Below are positions 28,457 to 41,419 of a DNA stretch of 64,000 nucleotides, in pieces. The notes under the pieces are model-generated. The model saw nothing but the letters and a program-made list of their open reading frames with translations. It made no database searches and was not told where the DNA came from. Both the position numbers and the translations under genes were made by a program. The first letter of the stretch is position 1, and the number at the start of each line of letters is the position of its first letter. The DNA is taken from NCBI GenBank assembly GCA_904063045.1, contig CAJFCJ010000029.1, positions 186,001-250,000 of the forward strand, given 5' to 3'. This DNA is from Dimorphilus gyrociliatus (taxonomy: Eukaryota > Animalia > Annelida).

Positions 28457-30102
28457 TTAGGAAAATTCAGAGTGCAATTGCATAGTAATAGATAAATTAG
28501 TAGATAATGAAATAATAGGTTCTAGCAGACTCAAGGCAAATTCATCAATCATAATGGGATTATACATTTTACGTACTCCTAAACAATTTGTCTCTGGTTC
28601 TGGGCATCGCCTATAATGGTGAAGCATGGCTATACTCTTTGGTATAAAAATCTCATCGTAGCTAGGATACGAATAAGTCTTGTGCACAGACAAATAGTCA
28701 ATCCTGTTTGGTATAATAATGTATTTTCTCCTATAGATATTAGGTTTCTGATATCTTTTAACAACGTTTACAGAGGCTAGACTTGTTAAATTTTCAGGCG
28801 TTCCAAACAAATAGCTGCTGCCGTAGAAGGACGATATTGTATTATTTCTTTCTAGTTGCATGGTATCTAAATCCTGCCACAAAAGTTTATCAAATAAAAT
28901 TTGCCCCGGACTATTTCGTCGAGGTAGGAAAATTTCATCTAAATCAGTAAATATCATATAACGATTGGAGAACATATTCCTATACAAACAGTCGTTGATT
29001 GCGGCACATTGGCCATAATAATGAATGTCGTTTACATGAACTGGAATTTGCCAGTGTATCACGTCAATCCAGTCTAGATTCTTTAAATGTTTCTCTGCAG
29101 TTTTATTCGACGTATAAATAGTTGCTCGGTCTATGCCGATTAATTTATGAAGGGTGACTGCTTCTAAATAGCCAGTTAGCGGATTACCGTGTATGGGAGA
29201 TAAGCACCAGTGCTTTTCCTTATTCCCTAATTTATCAGGATAAACAATCTGTAAAGTGACCAGTGGACGACTACATGGCGCAGATGATATCGATACAGCT
29301 GAAGGCTTGGATTTGGAAGGATTATAACATCTAAGGAAAGATCCAAGATATCTGGAATAGAGGAAATAAAAAAATGTGCTTTAATAAAAGCTGTTTTGAA
29401 TTATTGATAAAACGAGGGATTTAACCAGCGCATTAATATTTCGATTAAAGGAAGAGATTGAATATTAGTTCTTGACAAACAGTTCTCTTGATTAATATAT
29501 TTGGCGCAGCTGGAGTCACTCGCCCGGAAAAATTAGCGCCGCTTTTTTAAATAAGTAAGCTGGTAATTGAGATTTTCTGAGAATTTTTTTTTAAATCTAA
29601 AAGCTTAAATGAGAAAATTAACTTTCGTTTCGTCCTTCTCTCCCTTTTGTATGAAACCGGATGTCGTCATAGTAACGCGGCGACCCGCTTCGATTCGCTC
29701 CATGCAATAAATTTAAACTAGCCTTTTTTGGTGAGTATCCGGAATAATGACAACTATGGCTTTCGATACCCGTATTCTATGTTCCTGCTCAAACCAGAGA
29801 GTACAATAATAGTCGAACGATCCAGTGAGAACAATAGAAATGATAACTACAGAATTAGTTCTATAGTCATTGTATGCTGAATAAAAATAAGAAGTATTTC
29901 GCCCAGTCCACTCTTTACCGCTATCTTGTATATCTTTTGGAAGACGGGTAATTGTTCTATTGCAAGAATGCATAGAGTTTATTGTCCAATGAGGAATTTT
30001 CTTTTCCGTCAGAGGTTGCTTATTAGATGTAGAGAATAAGAGTAATAAAAAAATCAAGTTTGCCAGCACTAAGCCAAGAATTCTTCTGATTTTCTTTATC
30101 AT
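28457..30102 (-). CDS. Glycosyltransferase family 92 type II membrane protein, copy B, about 424 aa
   Basis: Exons 30102-29723 and 29351-28457. The phase-2 intron is at the position homologous to copies A and C but has a GC donor. Motifs YFYSAYNDYR, KHWCLSP, YYGQCAAINDCLYRNMF...TDLDEIFLP, RRKYIIIP, LHHYRRC. Confidence 0.85.
29656..29676. promoter_or_regulatory. ETS-like site overlapping an RFX X-box within the GT92 copy B intron
   Basis: ACCGGATGT (29656-29664) and GTCGTCATAGTAAC (29663-29676, fits RYYNYY-WW-RRNRAC) in a CpG-rich patch at about 29500-29700. Motif match only. Confidence 0.45.
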
Positions 30103-31599
30103 GATGGAGAGAACGTTATCTAAAGCTGTTGTGCTGACAGCAAAACTGGTGGCCCTTTAGCTATCGTTATTCATAAATTATGCGAGCCTTTTCTCTGTGC
30201 TTTTCACCCTGTCGCTTTGTACTCTTGTTAGTTCTGCTTATGGACAACACAAAATGAAGATTTACCCAAATGAATAAAAGATAAAACACTCCTACATATA
30301 AACTAGATTACAATTTGAATTAAACTACTCACTTTCCTCCCTTAATAGGATTGCAAGAGAAACAAAAGGTCGTCGTGTCGCTTAAGAAATTTAGACGGAT
30401 AGCACCGCTCATCTCCAAACGAAAATCGTGAGAAGAAAGCGTTAAGGGCGGGGGGAGTAATGTCGGAACGACTTACGGATAGCTATTTCATTAAATCCCG
30501 CCGGCAAGCTGTATTTGATCGTTTAATACTGTTTTCCTCTTTCTACCAAAAGCAATAGTTGCTCCATTTATGTTACGTTACTCTACTAACCCCATATATT
30601 CCATTTTGTTCGCGTGCTTAAAACGATAGAAGCAATTACTAATAATTTTAGATTATGGCTGTTAAGGACGTTGACATTATTTTTAGACGACCAAGGGAGA
30701 ACCGCCATCTATCGATAAGCAGTTCCCCTCAACAACCTTTCTTTGGCTGATAGAATATTGCATATATTTAACTATTCATCAGTTAATTTCATTTTATATC
30801 TCCCTTTCCTTTCTATATATTCTTCTTTTTTTTCCTTTACCTCTCTTACTGGTTCCTCTTTCAATATTTTCGTCCTATTCTGTCTAAATGTTTTGCTCTT
30901 TCTTATTTCCTGCTTTCGTTTCTTTTTTTGTGCAACTACTGCTGACAATTTAAAGTATGGTTGCTTTTAACTTTTCCCCGTTTTACTTGTTCTTACTTAT
31001 TTCTTTCACTAAAAAAATCGATTTTACGTAAATCAATGAATTTATAATGTGAACAAAATGAAAGAGATCACGAAAATTTTTATACTAAAATCTAATGAAG
31101 TCATTAAAGAAAGATTTTTTGAAAGAATTGACTACTTATATTAGATTAACGTCTACTTTTAAAGCAGTTAAACTGTTATAAATAAGCGATAGCTCGACTA
31201 TATATTTACATCTGTTTCCATTCTTTGTGCCTATATTTCATTTTTGAATATCAACTATATAAAAAATTACATTGACTGCATAATGTGAATTATAAAATCA
31301 ATCGTTCATCTCCCTATACAAAGTAGTAAACAGTTAGAGGAGAAAGGAAGAAACACATAACAAACATATTTCAATTTATCTTTTATTCCCTTAAAAAGCT
31401 TTTACTGATGCAAGGGTATGAGAACTGTTTCATCACGACTAAAAAGCTCTTAGGAAAAATTTTTTAGGAGCTTGAAGAAGTCCAGTTAGCTTAGTATTTA
31501 GTTTAAGTCATATTTAGGTCGTCACCGAGTCCATAGGGATTCACTTCTTTGATGACGAGGAATGGGGAATATATTATTCACTTGATAAGGTTAATTATA

Positions 31600-32640
31600 T
31601 GACAAAATCTCAAACTTATCTAATATTTGATAAATAAAGCATTCCCGCGATAAAACAATTAGTTAAAAAAGAGTTCTCTAATTACATGTATAATTACATG
31701 ATTTCTTTATTGTGTTGTATCTTAATGAAAATAGGGTTTTAATATCACCACTTCGATCATTATCTACAATCAACTAATCAGTCAAAAGTCTTTACAAAAT
31801 TCTATTGCGCCATCTATCGTAGAACTTTCAAGTTTGTTACCATACGCTAACTTGCAATAGTTTATGGACTATTGATAAAAAAGTATATTAATCTATTATA
31901 TTGGTCTTTTTCAAAAACACAAAGAACTGTCCCTCATTTAGTCAGTTCTGCCAAGTAATATGTGAGAACCCGTTATCTAATCTCAATCGGAATATGTTAA
32001 GACACATCTTGTAAGTCTGAATGGGAAACCATAAAAATAAGAGTTAGAAAAATGTCTCCCAGGTTATTAAAAAAAACAATAACGGTCTCCGGAAATATAT
32101 ACAAATTGAACAAAGCATGCCTTTATCAAGTGTAGACACAGAATTAAAGATTTTATTATATTCTTTAAAAGCTAAGTTCGGATTGTTCTTTTCTAATTTT
32201 CAAACAAAAGTACTTGTGCTATCGAATTTTTTTAAATGTGTTTTATCTAAATTGTTTGCAATAACAAAGATTGTAGTCATATCGATTTTTGTTACTGTTT
32301 TTTTTGCCATTGTCCCATCTATTCATATATTAGATAGTCGAGCCAAGCACCAATGCTTTGAATAGGGTTTTTGTTCCTATGAGAAGAGAAGAAATCTTAA
32401 GGCTTGCTTTTAGAGTTTTTCAGGGAACCCCTCTCAGGCTTTAACAGAGTACCTCTTTTTTCTTCTTTACAATTGAATACATAAATAGATTTGGCTAAGA
32501 AGATATGAAACTCTTTATCGTATTTATTCCAAAGCATACAATGAGGAATACTAGGTTTGTTTCGTTATAAAGACATAACGACTTTCGAATTAGATCTGTA
32601 ATCAAAAACACTGCAAAATATGAAAACATATCGTTTGTAT
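31600..32640 (-). pseudogene. Decayed fourth GT92 paralog (boundaries approximate)
   Basis: Minus-strand remnants collinear with the intact copies: YVFIFCSVFDYRSNSKVVMSL*...HCMLW (about 32630-32530, cf. YFYSAYNDYRTNSVVIISI...YCTLW), KHWCLA (about 32360-32340), KIDMTTIFVI...LKKFD (cf. IGIDRATIFV...KRKFD), FFNNLGDIFL (about 32075-32045, cf. IFTDLDEIFL) and DKF (about 31620). Multiple stops and frameshifts. Confidence 0.7.
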
Positions 32641-33798
32641 TATTATTTATATATTATTATTCTTTCTTTCGGTTCCATGGAGGTTGTAGAGTTGTAATGC
32701 GAATGGTAAATCGGTTTAAATATTCCAACTTTTTTTCTTCTTTCCCTCCCTCTTCCTCTCTTTTGTTGTGTCAAAATTTCAAAATTAATGATAAATTCAA
32801 AGAAAAGAGGTTTTAGCCTAAGATTTATTACGATTTATCACTTTCAAAGGTCAATATAATGTTTACTTTTATTTATCGAGCTTTACAGAAAGAAAACTGT
32901 CTTTCCTAAATCACCCTACCAAATTTTTTTTAAGTAATTGCTTATCTGAATTGTTATATTGATTTACATTCAATATACTTTTAATGATTAAGTAGTATAA
33001 AGCTAAAAAAATTATTGATATAACATAGATTCAATTAATGAAATACATTATTAAAATATTTTCCTTCTCTCCAAGTAACAAAGAGTAAATTTCTTACAAC
33101 ACCTAATTTCGATTTATTCTATTTATTTTATCATAATTATTGCTTCAGCAAACACATAGTGTACATTAAGAGATTAAAGCATCTTCTTTATTTCCCTATG
33201 TTCAACGACTTTCGAAAGTAATCTAATTTCTGCGGAGAAGGCTGACACTCTACATGTGTTTGAGCCATAGAATGTTAGAAGACTCTCAAAGGCTAAAAAC
33301 ATAGAAAATTGAAAATAAAGCAGAGAATTAGCAAATAAATGACGCACAACAGGGTAGAAGATAACTCACAAAAATTAGTGGGGTAATTGACAAAAAAACA
33401 TCTGCCAGAGAACGATATAAGAATTTCTAAAGGGAATTGAAAGAAAATTTAAGAAGCTTGTTTTGCCAATAGAAAAGAAATGAAGAGAAATGAAAGTTCC
33501 TCATTAGTGACAAGTATACAAAGAAAAAAAATCCTATGGCATACGTATACACGCATACATACTAAATACTTGTCGCAAATTGGGAACATGTGCCACGTGA
33601 TTAAGATTCATGTTTACAATAATATTTCTTCTTGTTTTCTTCACAAAGAGAAGCTAATAATTTTGAACTGTAATACAATATTTATTATTATAAATTATGT
33701 ATAATTCAATACTAATGAATACTAAAAATAAATTAATAAAATAAAAAAAACGCAGTATTTTTTGAACATTCAAACGAATATCTGAAAAAATTAATTTC

Positions 33799-35157
33799 CT
33801 ACAATTTCAAAACATTTCTATATTTATTGATTAAGTTATTTAAATGATTTTTTAATTGTAATATAAATTTATCTTCTACCATCTCATGAACTGCTGTTGT
33901 ATATCCCAAACATTCTGTTTCCGGTCTTCTACATCTTCTATAATGGTGTAGAACTGCCACGTTTTCTTGTAAATAGAGATAATGGTAATTTTTAATTGGA
34001 AAAGTATAATGTATTCCAATGAAATCAATTCTATCTGGTACTATAATGTACTTTTTTCTAGTATCTTGACGTTTTACAAATCGTTTTGTTATCTTTAAAG
34101 AAGCGGCCCCTTTAAAATAAAACGGAGTAGGAAATAGGGCACTCTGAGCATAAAATGTTGCTAAAGTATTATTATATTTTTCTTGAATTACGTCCAGATC
34201 TTTCCATAAAGATCTCGAAAGAGGATTCCCAACGTTATTAATTAAACGACGAGGCATAAAAATTTCGTCCAAATCTGTAAAAACCATATATTTTGAAGTA
34301 AACATATTTCTATATAAGCAATCATTCATAGCAGCACATTGAGCATAATAGTGTATATCCCGTACTGGTAAAGACCATTTTATTGCTGTGACCCAGGGTA
34401 CTTTATCAAACTTTCTCTTTAATACATCACTCATAACAAAAATTGTTGCTCTATCTATACCAATCGTTCGATGCAATGCTAATGATTCTGAGAGATCGTT
34501 TGAACCCAATCTAAATAACGGTGATAAACACCAATGCCTTTCCTGCGGATATGTTATTTTGTTATAAACAATCTTAATAGTTGCATTGAAATCCGTTGTA
34601 CACGGTTTTCTGGTCATTGTAACTGCGTAGGGTAGAGAATTGTTAAATGGATTTTCGCATTGGTATATCGACACATAATATCTGTTGCATTAAAAGAGAG
34701 ATGTAACTACGTCTTTAATATCAATGATTACAGTAAAATAAAATTTTGAGGGATTATCCTCTCTAACTTACTTCTTTTTATGAGTATCTGGCACTATTTT
34801 AGGCGAGACCGGAACAATCCATACACTTCTCTCAGTTTTGAACCATAATAGACAATAGAACGTTGTTACATCATTTGGAATAATTGAAATTACGGCTACA
34901 TAATTGAACCTAAAATCGTAATATGCCGAGTAAAAGAATGCACCTTCACTCTCAGACCAAACTGTTCCGCTATTATGAATTCTATTTGGAAGATACTTAA
35001 TTGGCTCTTTGCATAGAATACTCGAACGAGTAGTCCATACTTTCGATTCTTCAGCAAATTTTTTAATATATAGAATATGAAGAGAAGACACTGCCATCAA
35101 GACTATTATTATTAATAAAACAAAAATTCTCAACGACTTGTCAAAGAGTCTATTCAT
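33799..35157 (-). CDS. Glycosyltransferase family 92 type II membrane protein, copy C, about 422 aa
   Basis: Exons 35157-34772 and 34681-33799 (phase-2 intron). TM anchor; FFYSAYYDFR; RHWCLSP; YYAQCAAMNDCLYRNMF...TDLDEIFMP; RKKYIIVP; LHHYRRC. Confidence 0.85.
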
Positions 35158-36462
35158 ATCTTATTCGTCTGCCTTTTGATTTCTGGTTCGGTAGTGAAAA
35201 ATTATAAAAATAACCATATTTTTGTTCACAAACTATTTTATTATCCTTATACATTTAATAAGATAAAATTATTAAACATTAATAAATTATAATCGTTCAT
35301 ACCTTACCAAGATTCTCAGTTGAAATGAAGTTTAAACTGAGTAATTAATTTATTTGTAATTACTCATGAAATTTGTTGAGTACCTTAACATACCAATTTA
35401 CATACATTCTTGTTAATTAGTATTAAAATAGACCCTTAAATTAAACAATTATAAAGTCTATATAAATAAAAATGTCTTTTAAATGAAAATGTTAATTGTA
35501 TATTTATTTGTAAGAATAAAAATCTTCTGATCAAGTTAGTCTACATTTCAAGTTTGTAACTTTTACTTCTATATAGTTAAAGTAGATATATAATACATTG
35601 ACATCCTTTCAAGTCGTAAAATAAGGCACCCCAATGTTCTTTAAGATAATTTATCAAACAATTATTCCCATTTGGCATATTTTTATTAGATTTGAGGAAA
35701 TTGTAACATTTCTAACCATTCATTAAAACGTTAAATGTAACAATTTTTTATTCTTTTTCCCTTTCCTCAATATATAAATCATATATATTTATTACATTGT
35801 TCTTTCATCTCTCCGTAAGTTAAACTTAAGCGTCAATATTTTAAACATAAAATTCCTTCTGACAATTGTCGTTTTAGATTATTAAAAAAACATTTAAAAT
35901 AGTCAAAGTGACACTTTTTAACTGCATTCTTGATGAAAGAGAGACAATAAGAGCAATAAAAATGATAATAATAATAATAATAATAGTCCAAAAAGTGATA
36001 AAAACATACAACAGAAAGGTCATAGAGTTGTCTAATATTGGATTTATGCGTGCATAGAAATTTTAGGTTACTCTCTCTATATATATAATATTTATAAAAT
36101 TGTCTCCTTAGGTTAAATTATTAACATATTTAAATTTTGATTGTGTGCCTTTCTCTCTCTTTCTTTATTTTAATGCAATCATTATTAATTTTGTTAATAT
36201 TTCAATATTTTAGAATTTATCAATAATTTATGTTACTGAATTGAATCTCTAAAAATTTTAGTGACGTTTGTAATTGCTATATTTTGTATTAATATTTATA
36301 AAATATAGATGGCACTACGAATAAAAATTATGAAAGACACGAATAAAGAGAGAGGGAAAGAAAAATCAATTTTGCTTTGTTCACCTGGTTTGTACCTTTG
36401 CGAATATACTTTTTTCTTAAACAAAGAAGAATAAAATTGTAAATATGTGATATGTATAGTGT

Positions 36463-36466
<4 letters not shown>

Positions 36467-36511
<45 letters not shown>
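36467..36511. repeat. (TA)n microsatellite, intergenic
   Basis: About 22 TA units between GT92 copy C and CDC25. Confidence 0.95.
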
Positions 36512-36512
<1 letters not shown>

Positions 36513-37270
36513 TATATTGTTTCATATATTTGTTATTTGTATAGAATGAATATTAATAATAAATATTTATAATAATTTGTCTTCCTTCTTTTGACAATAT
36601 CAAAAGAAACGTCAAAGGATTCGGCGACGAATTGAATAGAATTAGTAAGGAAGCGACAAACGGGTGATGTGCATAACAATTTATAAAAAGGGTAGTTGTT
36701 GAAACCGTTATATAAATAAAAAAAAGAAAGTTTAATAGGCCTAATAAATTATATATAAAAACTGTCAATTTAAATCTAAGTATACTTTCGTCACTTTCGA
36801 ATTAGTTTTGGGTCTGGGCGGTAAAAGTCATTCGTGAAATAGTGTAAAGAGAGAGAAAATTCGCTCAAGGGTATTCAATTCATCGGCCAACTTGGTTCTC
36901 ATTCGGTAAGTTTATCTTATTCAAGCATAGTATTTAGTTGAACTCGTACAGCTTGAAACAGAATCAGATTTTTTAAACGTTTGGTAAGAGACTTAACTTT
37001 CATTAAACAGTTGATTTGAGCGATTTGTGTAGTATTAAGCCTATATAAGCGATTAAACAATAAAAAGCCGAGAGCGGTCAGACAGGCGATTAGCGATTGT
37101 TCAGTTCAAACTTGTCTGCGATTGATTTCTACTTTTATCAAGTATTCGCATGCGCTAGACGTGTCGCTGCACGACATTCGTGGAGTAGACAACCTCTTGG
37201 ATACAGTTTTTAGCAGTTTAATTTAACGTGTACAACTACTTACTCCATTCGTCTAATTGACGTGTCGATT

Positions 37271-37284
37271 GTTGCCATAGTAAC
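37271..37284. promoter_or_regulatory. RFX X-box upstream of CDC25
   Basis: GTTGCCATAGTAAC, near-perfect palindromic X-box, ending 47 nt before the CDC25 ATG. Confidence 0.6.
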
Positions 37285-37330
37285 GGCTGCCATCTATCTG
37301 TCTTCCGACTTTGCATTCCGCTTCGAGAAA

Positions 37331-38531
37331 ATGAACGATGAAAATGTCTGCGATTTGACTTTGGATTTAGACGAATTGTGCCTTAAAACTCACAAAATTG
37401 ATAGGATAAAGAAGAGAAGAAGAATCTCTTGCAGAACATCATCACCAATAACATTTAACCTAGATTCACCTCAATCAAAAAATTCGTCAATGGATTCCGG
37501 ATTACCTTTATCAGACCAAAACGACGATTTGGACGGATCGTTTACAGAATTATGTGAAAAGAGGACAACGAAGAGAAAGCGTTCAGAAGATGATATACCT
37601 GTAGTTCCTGTTATCAATTTTGATTCGGCAGAAGATAGTGCCGACGAGTGTTTTCGTGTTGTAAAGAAAGGTACGCAACCTTTAATTAAGCTTATTCTAC
37701 CTTTTTTTTAACTTTTAATACCACCGATTGTCCTTTCTAACCTTTCCCTCTTAATTATTTTAATTAATAGGTCCCAGACCCCAAAAATTCCATAAGAATT
37801 ACGACGAAGAGCCGCTTAAAGCAAAAAAGAAACCTTTAGATTGCGAAAAGAACCATGAAGAAGACAGGCTTCAGGCAATGACAAATATAATTGACTCGTC
37901 TCACAGCGAAAAGAACCTCATAGGTGACTTTTCGAGACCCTACTCTCTACCTGTCGTTGAATGTTCACGAGACCTAAGATACATATCAGTTAAAACTTTA
38001 AATGAATTATTACACGCTCAAAATGATTGGCAAATCGACTCATACAGAATTATTGATTGTCGATATCCATACGAATTTAAAGGCGGACACGTTAAGAATG
38101 CAGAGAACTTCCCTAACCAAACAATCTTAGCTGCAGACCTATTCACTAAATTACCCGATCCATCTAAGAAGCATATTTTGATCTTTCACTGCGAATTTTC
38201 TTCTCAGAGAGCTCCTGAAATGGCTCGTTTTGTTAGACAAACTGATAGAAAAATGAATCAAGAGAACTTTCCCCATTTATATTACCCTGAGATTTACGTT
38301 ATCGAAGGAGGCTATAAGGCTATCTATGAAGCAAAGCCAGACTCATGCTCTCCTAAAGCCTATTTGCCAATGTTAGCCGAAGGGTATAGTAGAGAGCTCT
38401 TGAAATGGAGAAAGAGCAAGAGCATGCAAGATCGTACCCAAACACGAAGCAGAGCTAAGGTCTTTTCCAGGTCGAAGTCATCAACTTCTCTTGGCAAGGT
38501 CAAAGCTAATTTGCATTCTTTGTTTGAGTAG
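37331..38531 (+). CDS. CDC25: M-phase inducer phosphatase CDC25 (rhodanese-fold dual-specificity phosphatase), about 366 aa
   Basis: Exons 37331-37670 and 37771-38531. IIDCRYPYEFKGGH (CH2A), catalytic IFHCEFSSQRAP (HCX5R), LYYPEIYVIEGGY; N-terminal DSGLPLS resembles a beta-TrCP degron. Confidence 0.95.
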
Positions 38532-40191
38532 ACAGTCTAGTTTTAATTGAACTGTTTACTTTTCAATTCCGTCCGCAATTTGTTAGTCTGCTACTAGTTT
38601 TAGACACGCTTGATTGAGATGCCTGCATTGTTAGTTAAATGTCGTTTTTCGTTACTATATGTTTTTTTTTGGACTTTTGATACAATTAAATGTAAATTTG
38701 AATGAATAAATAAATGCATAATTACAAACTTGAAACCGCATAAGTATAGGAAGAAGTGGCGCCATAAAAGCCGCCGGGGGCGCTGTCATTGACATAGAAA
38801 CTGAGCGACATCTAGAACGTTATGAAAAGTAAAAGTGTATAAACAACGACGTCTAATGAAATTTAATACTATTCACTCAAAAGGCATAGTATTCCGTAAT
38901 TGCACCGCTGAGGTTTGGGGTTATATAAAGTCTTTGTTTAATTATCCTTTTATTGTGTAAAGAAAGGAAAAGTCAAAAAAACGGAAAACATAACAAAAAA
39001 AAAGGAGAAGAACGCTATAAACTGTCAATCCCAACAGATTATTTCTATAAAATTTTACTTAAAAATTGTTCTTTTAAAAGAATTAGCGACCTAAATCTGT
39101 CAGAATTAACTGATTGAAATCTTGGGGTAAGGTTAATCTCATTAAATAGAGATTCGTCAATTTATCATTAATTTTAAATTCACATTCGTAGTTATTAGAA
39201 ATGAATTCATGGGCGAATAATGCAAAAGTCGAACGAACACAACATGAATTTTTTATTGTCCTTAGAGATTTGTTGCAAAGTGGAAGCGTAGGTTTTTTTT
39301 ATATGGAAAGTTGGGTCGTTAGATTAGTTTATATTTAAATACACCAAATTCATAGTTTATATATATATATATATATATCTTTACTTATATATAAAGTTGT
39401 ATATTTATATTAACATATATATATATATATATATTTACATAAATAAGTATGTGATAAGCAAAAAATAAAGTATGTATATTCAGTATATATACATATTTGC
39501 CTATTTGCATACATATACTGCGTATAATATATATTTTGTGTGCGTATTTATACAAAAGACATATACACACACAAATATGTATATACATACATACTGAGGA
39601 ATTTAAGTATATGTATGTCATATTAAATCTTTCTAGACTGTCTCATCACTTCTTTTCTTTTTAATACTTGTACGGTTTTATATTTCTTGTTCTTTCCATT
39701 TGCTTGTTTTCTTTCGTTTTTTTTTTTAATTAATAATAATTAGACGAGAAAAGAAAAATATAAATAGAATAACATTTAATAAACTCAAGTTTTATAATAC
39801 TTTCTCAAAAGCAAATGTAATAAATTATTCAAAACGAATAATAAACAAGGAAATAAAATTGAAAAAAGAAAATTTCTAATATATGATATATAAATTAGTA
39901 TAAAGTATATATATACATATATATACAACATACATGCGTATAAACGATTATATTATATATGCATATTTATGCATATATTACATCGTATATACGATTAGTA
40001 GTGTTGTGTATATATGATAATCAAATATAACATATATTATAATAATCCTTTTTACTAACAAAACAAATAAAAGCATTAAGTCGTGAGTAAATTAAGGTGA
40101 CATAAAAATTATGTGTATCGAATTTTTTTAAAATATACAAGTAATATGTAATACGAAATTATAGAATTATGTTAAAATGAAAACAACTTCT

Positions 40192-41419
40192 CTACATGCT
40201 ACATATTTGATCATAATTTGTCGAGTACATATAGTTACTTCTTGTCTTTTTTAAATGTAATGAAAATAAAATCCAAGCGGCACCTGCCAAACAACTAGCT
40301 ACAAGTGCGACACAGGCTAGGCCTACATTAACTGAACCAGCAACCCTTAATGAATCGTTAACGAAATCGGGCATTGGCCTCATAAGTTGCCCTTCTGCAG
40401 TCTTCAATCTGGACGAACGTAGTTGGACGAGTATAAGTGTGAAGAGGACGTATATAGCAGCGGCAAAGAAACATACTCCAGATATTGTGGCAAAAATTAT
40501 TTGTTGTTTTATCGCTGCAAAAGTTCCAAGGAGAAGGCCTACAATTAATGTTACCGTTGCTACAATTGCGCACGCGCTAGCCGATCTGGTGACGCCCATC
40601 ACTGAAAGTTAATATTCAATAGGATTAACTCATGATTTTTTTTTATTATTAATATTCCTGCGTATTTCGTACTATTATAAAAATTATGAAAAATGAAATC
40701 TAACCTATTTCATAATGTTTATATTATGAGATAAAATATTAATATTTTTCCTTTCCTATTTAATCTCAATAGTTCGATAATGTTTTCAAAAAGAAGCTTA
40801 AATTGCTATGTAGAAAGCCGGTGTGATTCAAGAATAATTCTTTAAATTATTTCTTACTTGTATACTAAATATTTTAACGTTGCTATTGAATTTTCAACTT
40901 CGATTCTCTAATGTTCTCGATTTGTTTGTACTACATGCCATAGACAAAACGTTCAGTGCTTAAAATAACAAATTACTTACCAATATCTAACTCATCGCTC
41001 AGTTGAAGCTGTGATGTCTCAATGTGATGATAGGAACGACATTTGGAAGCCACTTGACCACTTTTTGAAAGTAATGTTCGAACATTATCGTCTAGACGAT
41101 CGCAGGTTTCCCAAAGCCCGGCGTCGATAGGGGAAGCTACATGATAAATTGATCTCTCTCTCGAATTATTAAAAGTAAAAAAACATTCGCCTTCAGTCAT
41201 GGTCCAAGCTGTAGAAAAGTTCAAGTAGTCTTGGTCAATGAATACTCGTTGCCAGTGTACAGTACATAATCCAACAGTCATGGCTGACACTGCTAAAAGA
41301 CTGGAAGTTAATGATAGAAATCTATAAGTCCTTAATATTTGTTTTATTCCTCTTCCACCATCATAATTCACATTTGCAACACCACCTCGACGCTTTCTCC
41401 ATCTAGCTCGTTCCTGCAT
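40192..41419 (-). CDS. PMP22/claudin-superfamily four-TM protein (TMEM114/178/235-like), about 282 aa
   Basis: Exons 41419-40981 and 40601-40192 (phase 1). TM1 followed by W...GLW..C...C in the first extracellular loop, then three more hydrophobic helices. Start codon choice is uncertain. Confidence 0.75.

Noticed and set aside
32376-32455. Idea that the GT92 relic lost its intron (retrocopy)
   Set aside because: An SKSKP match suggested continuity, but a plausible GT...TTCTCATAG intron also fits the same interval, so intron loss is not supported.
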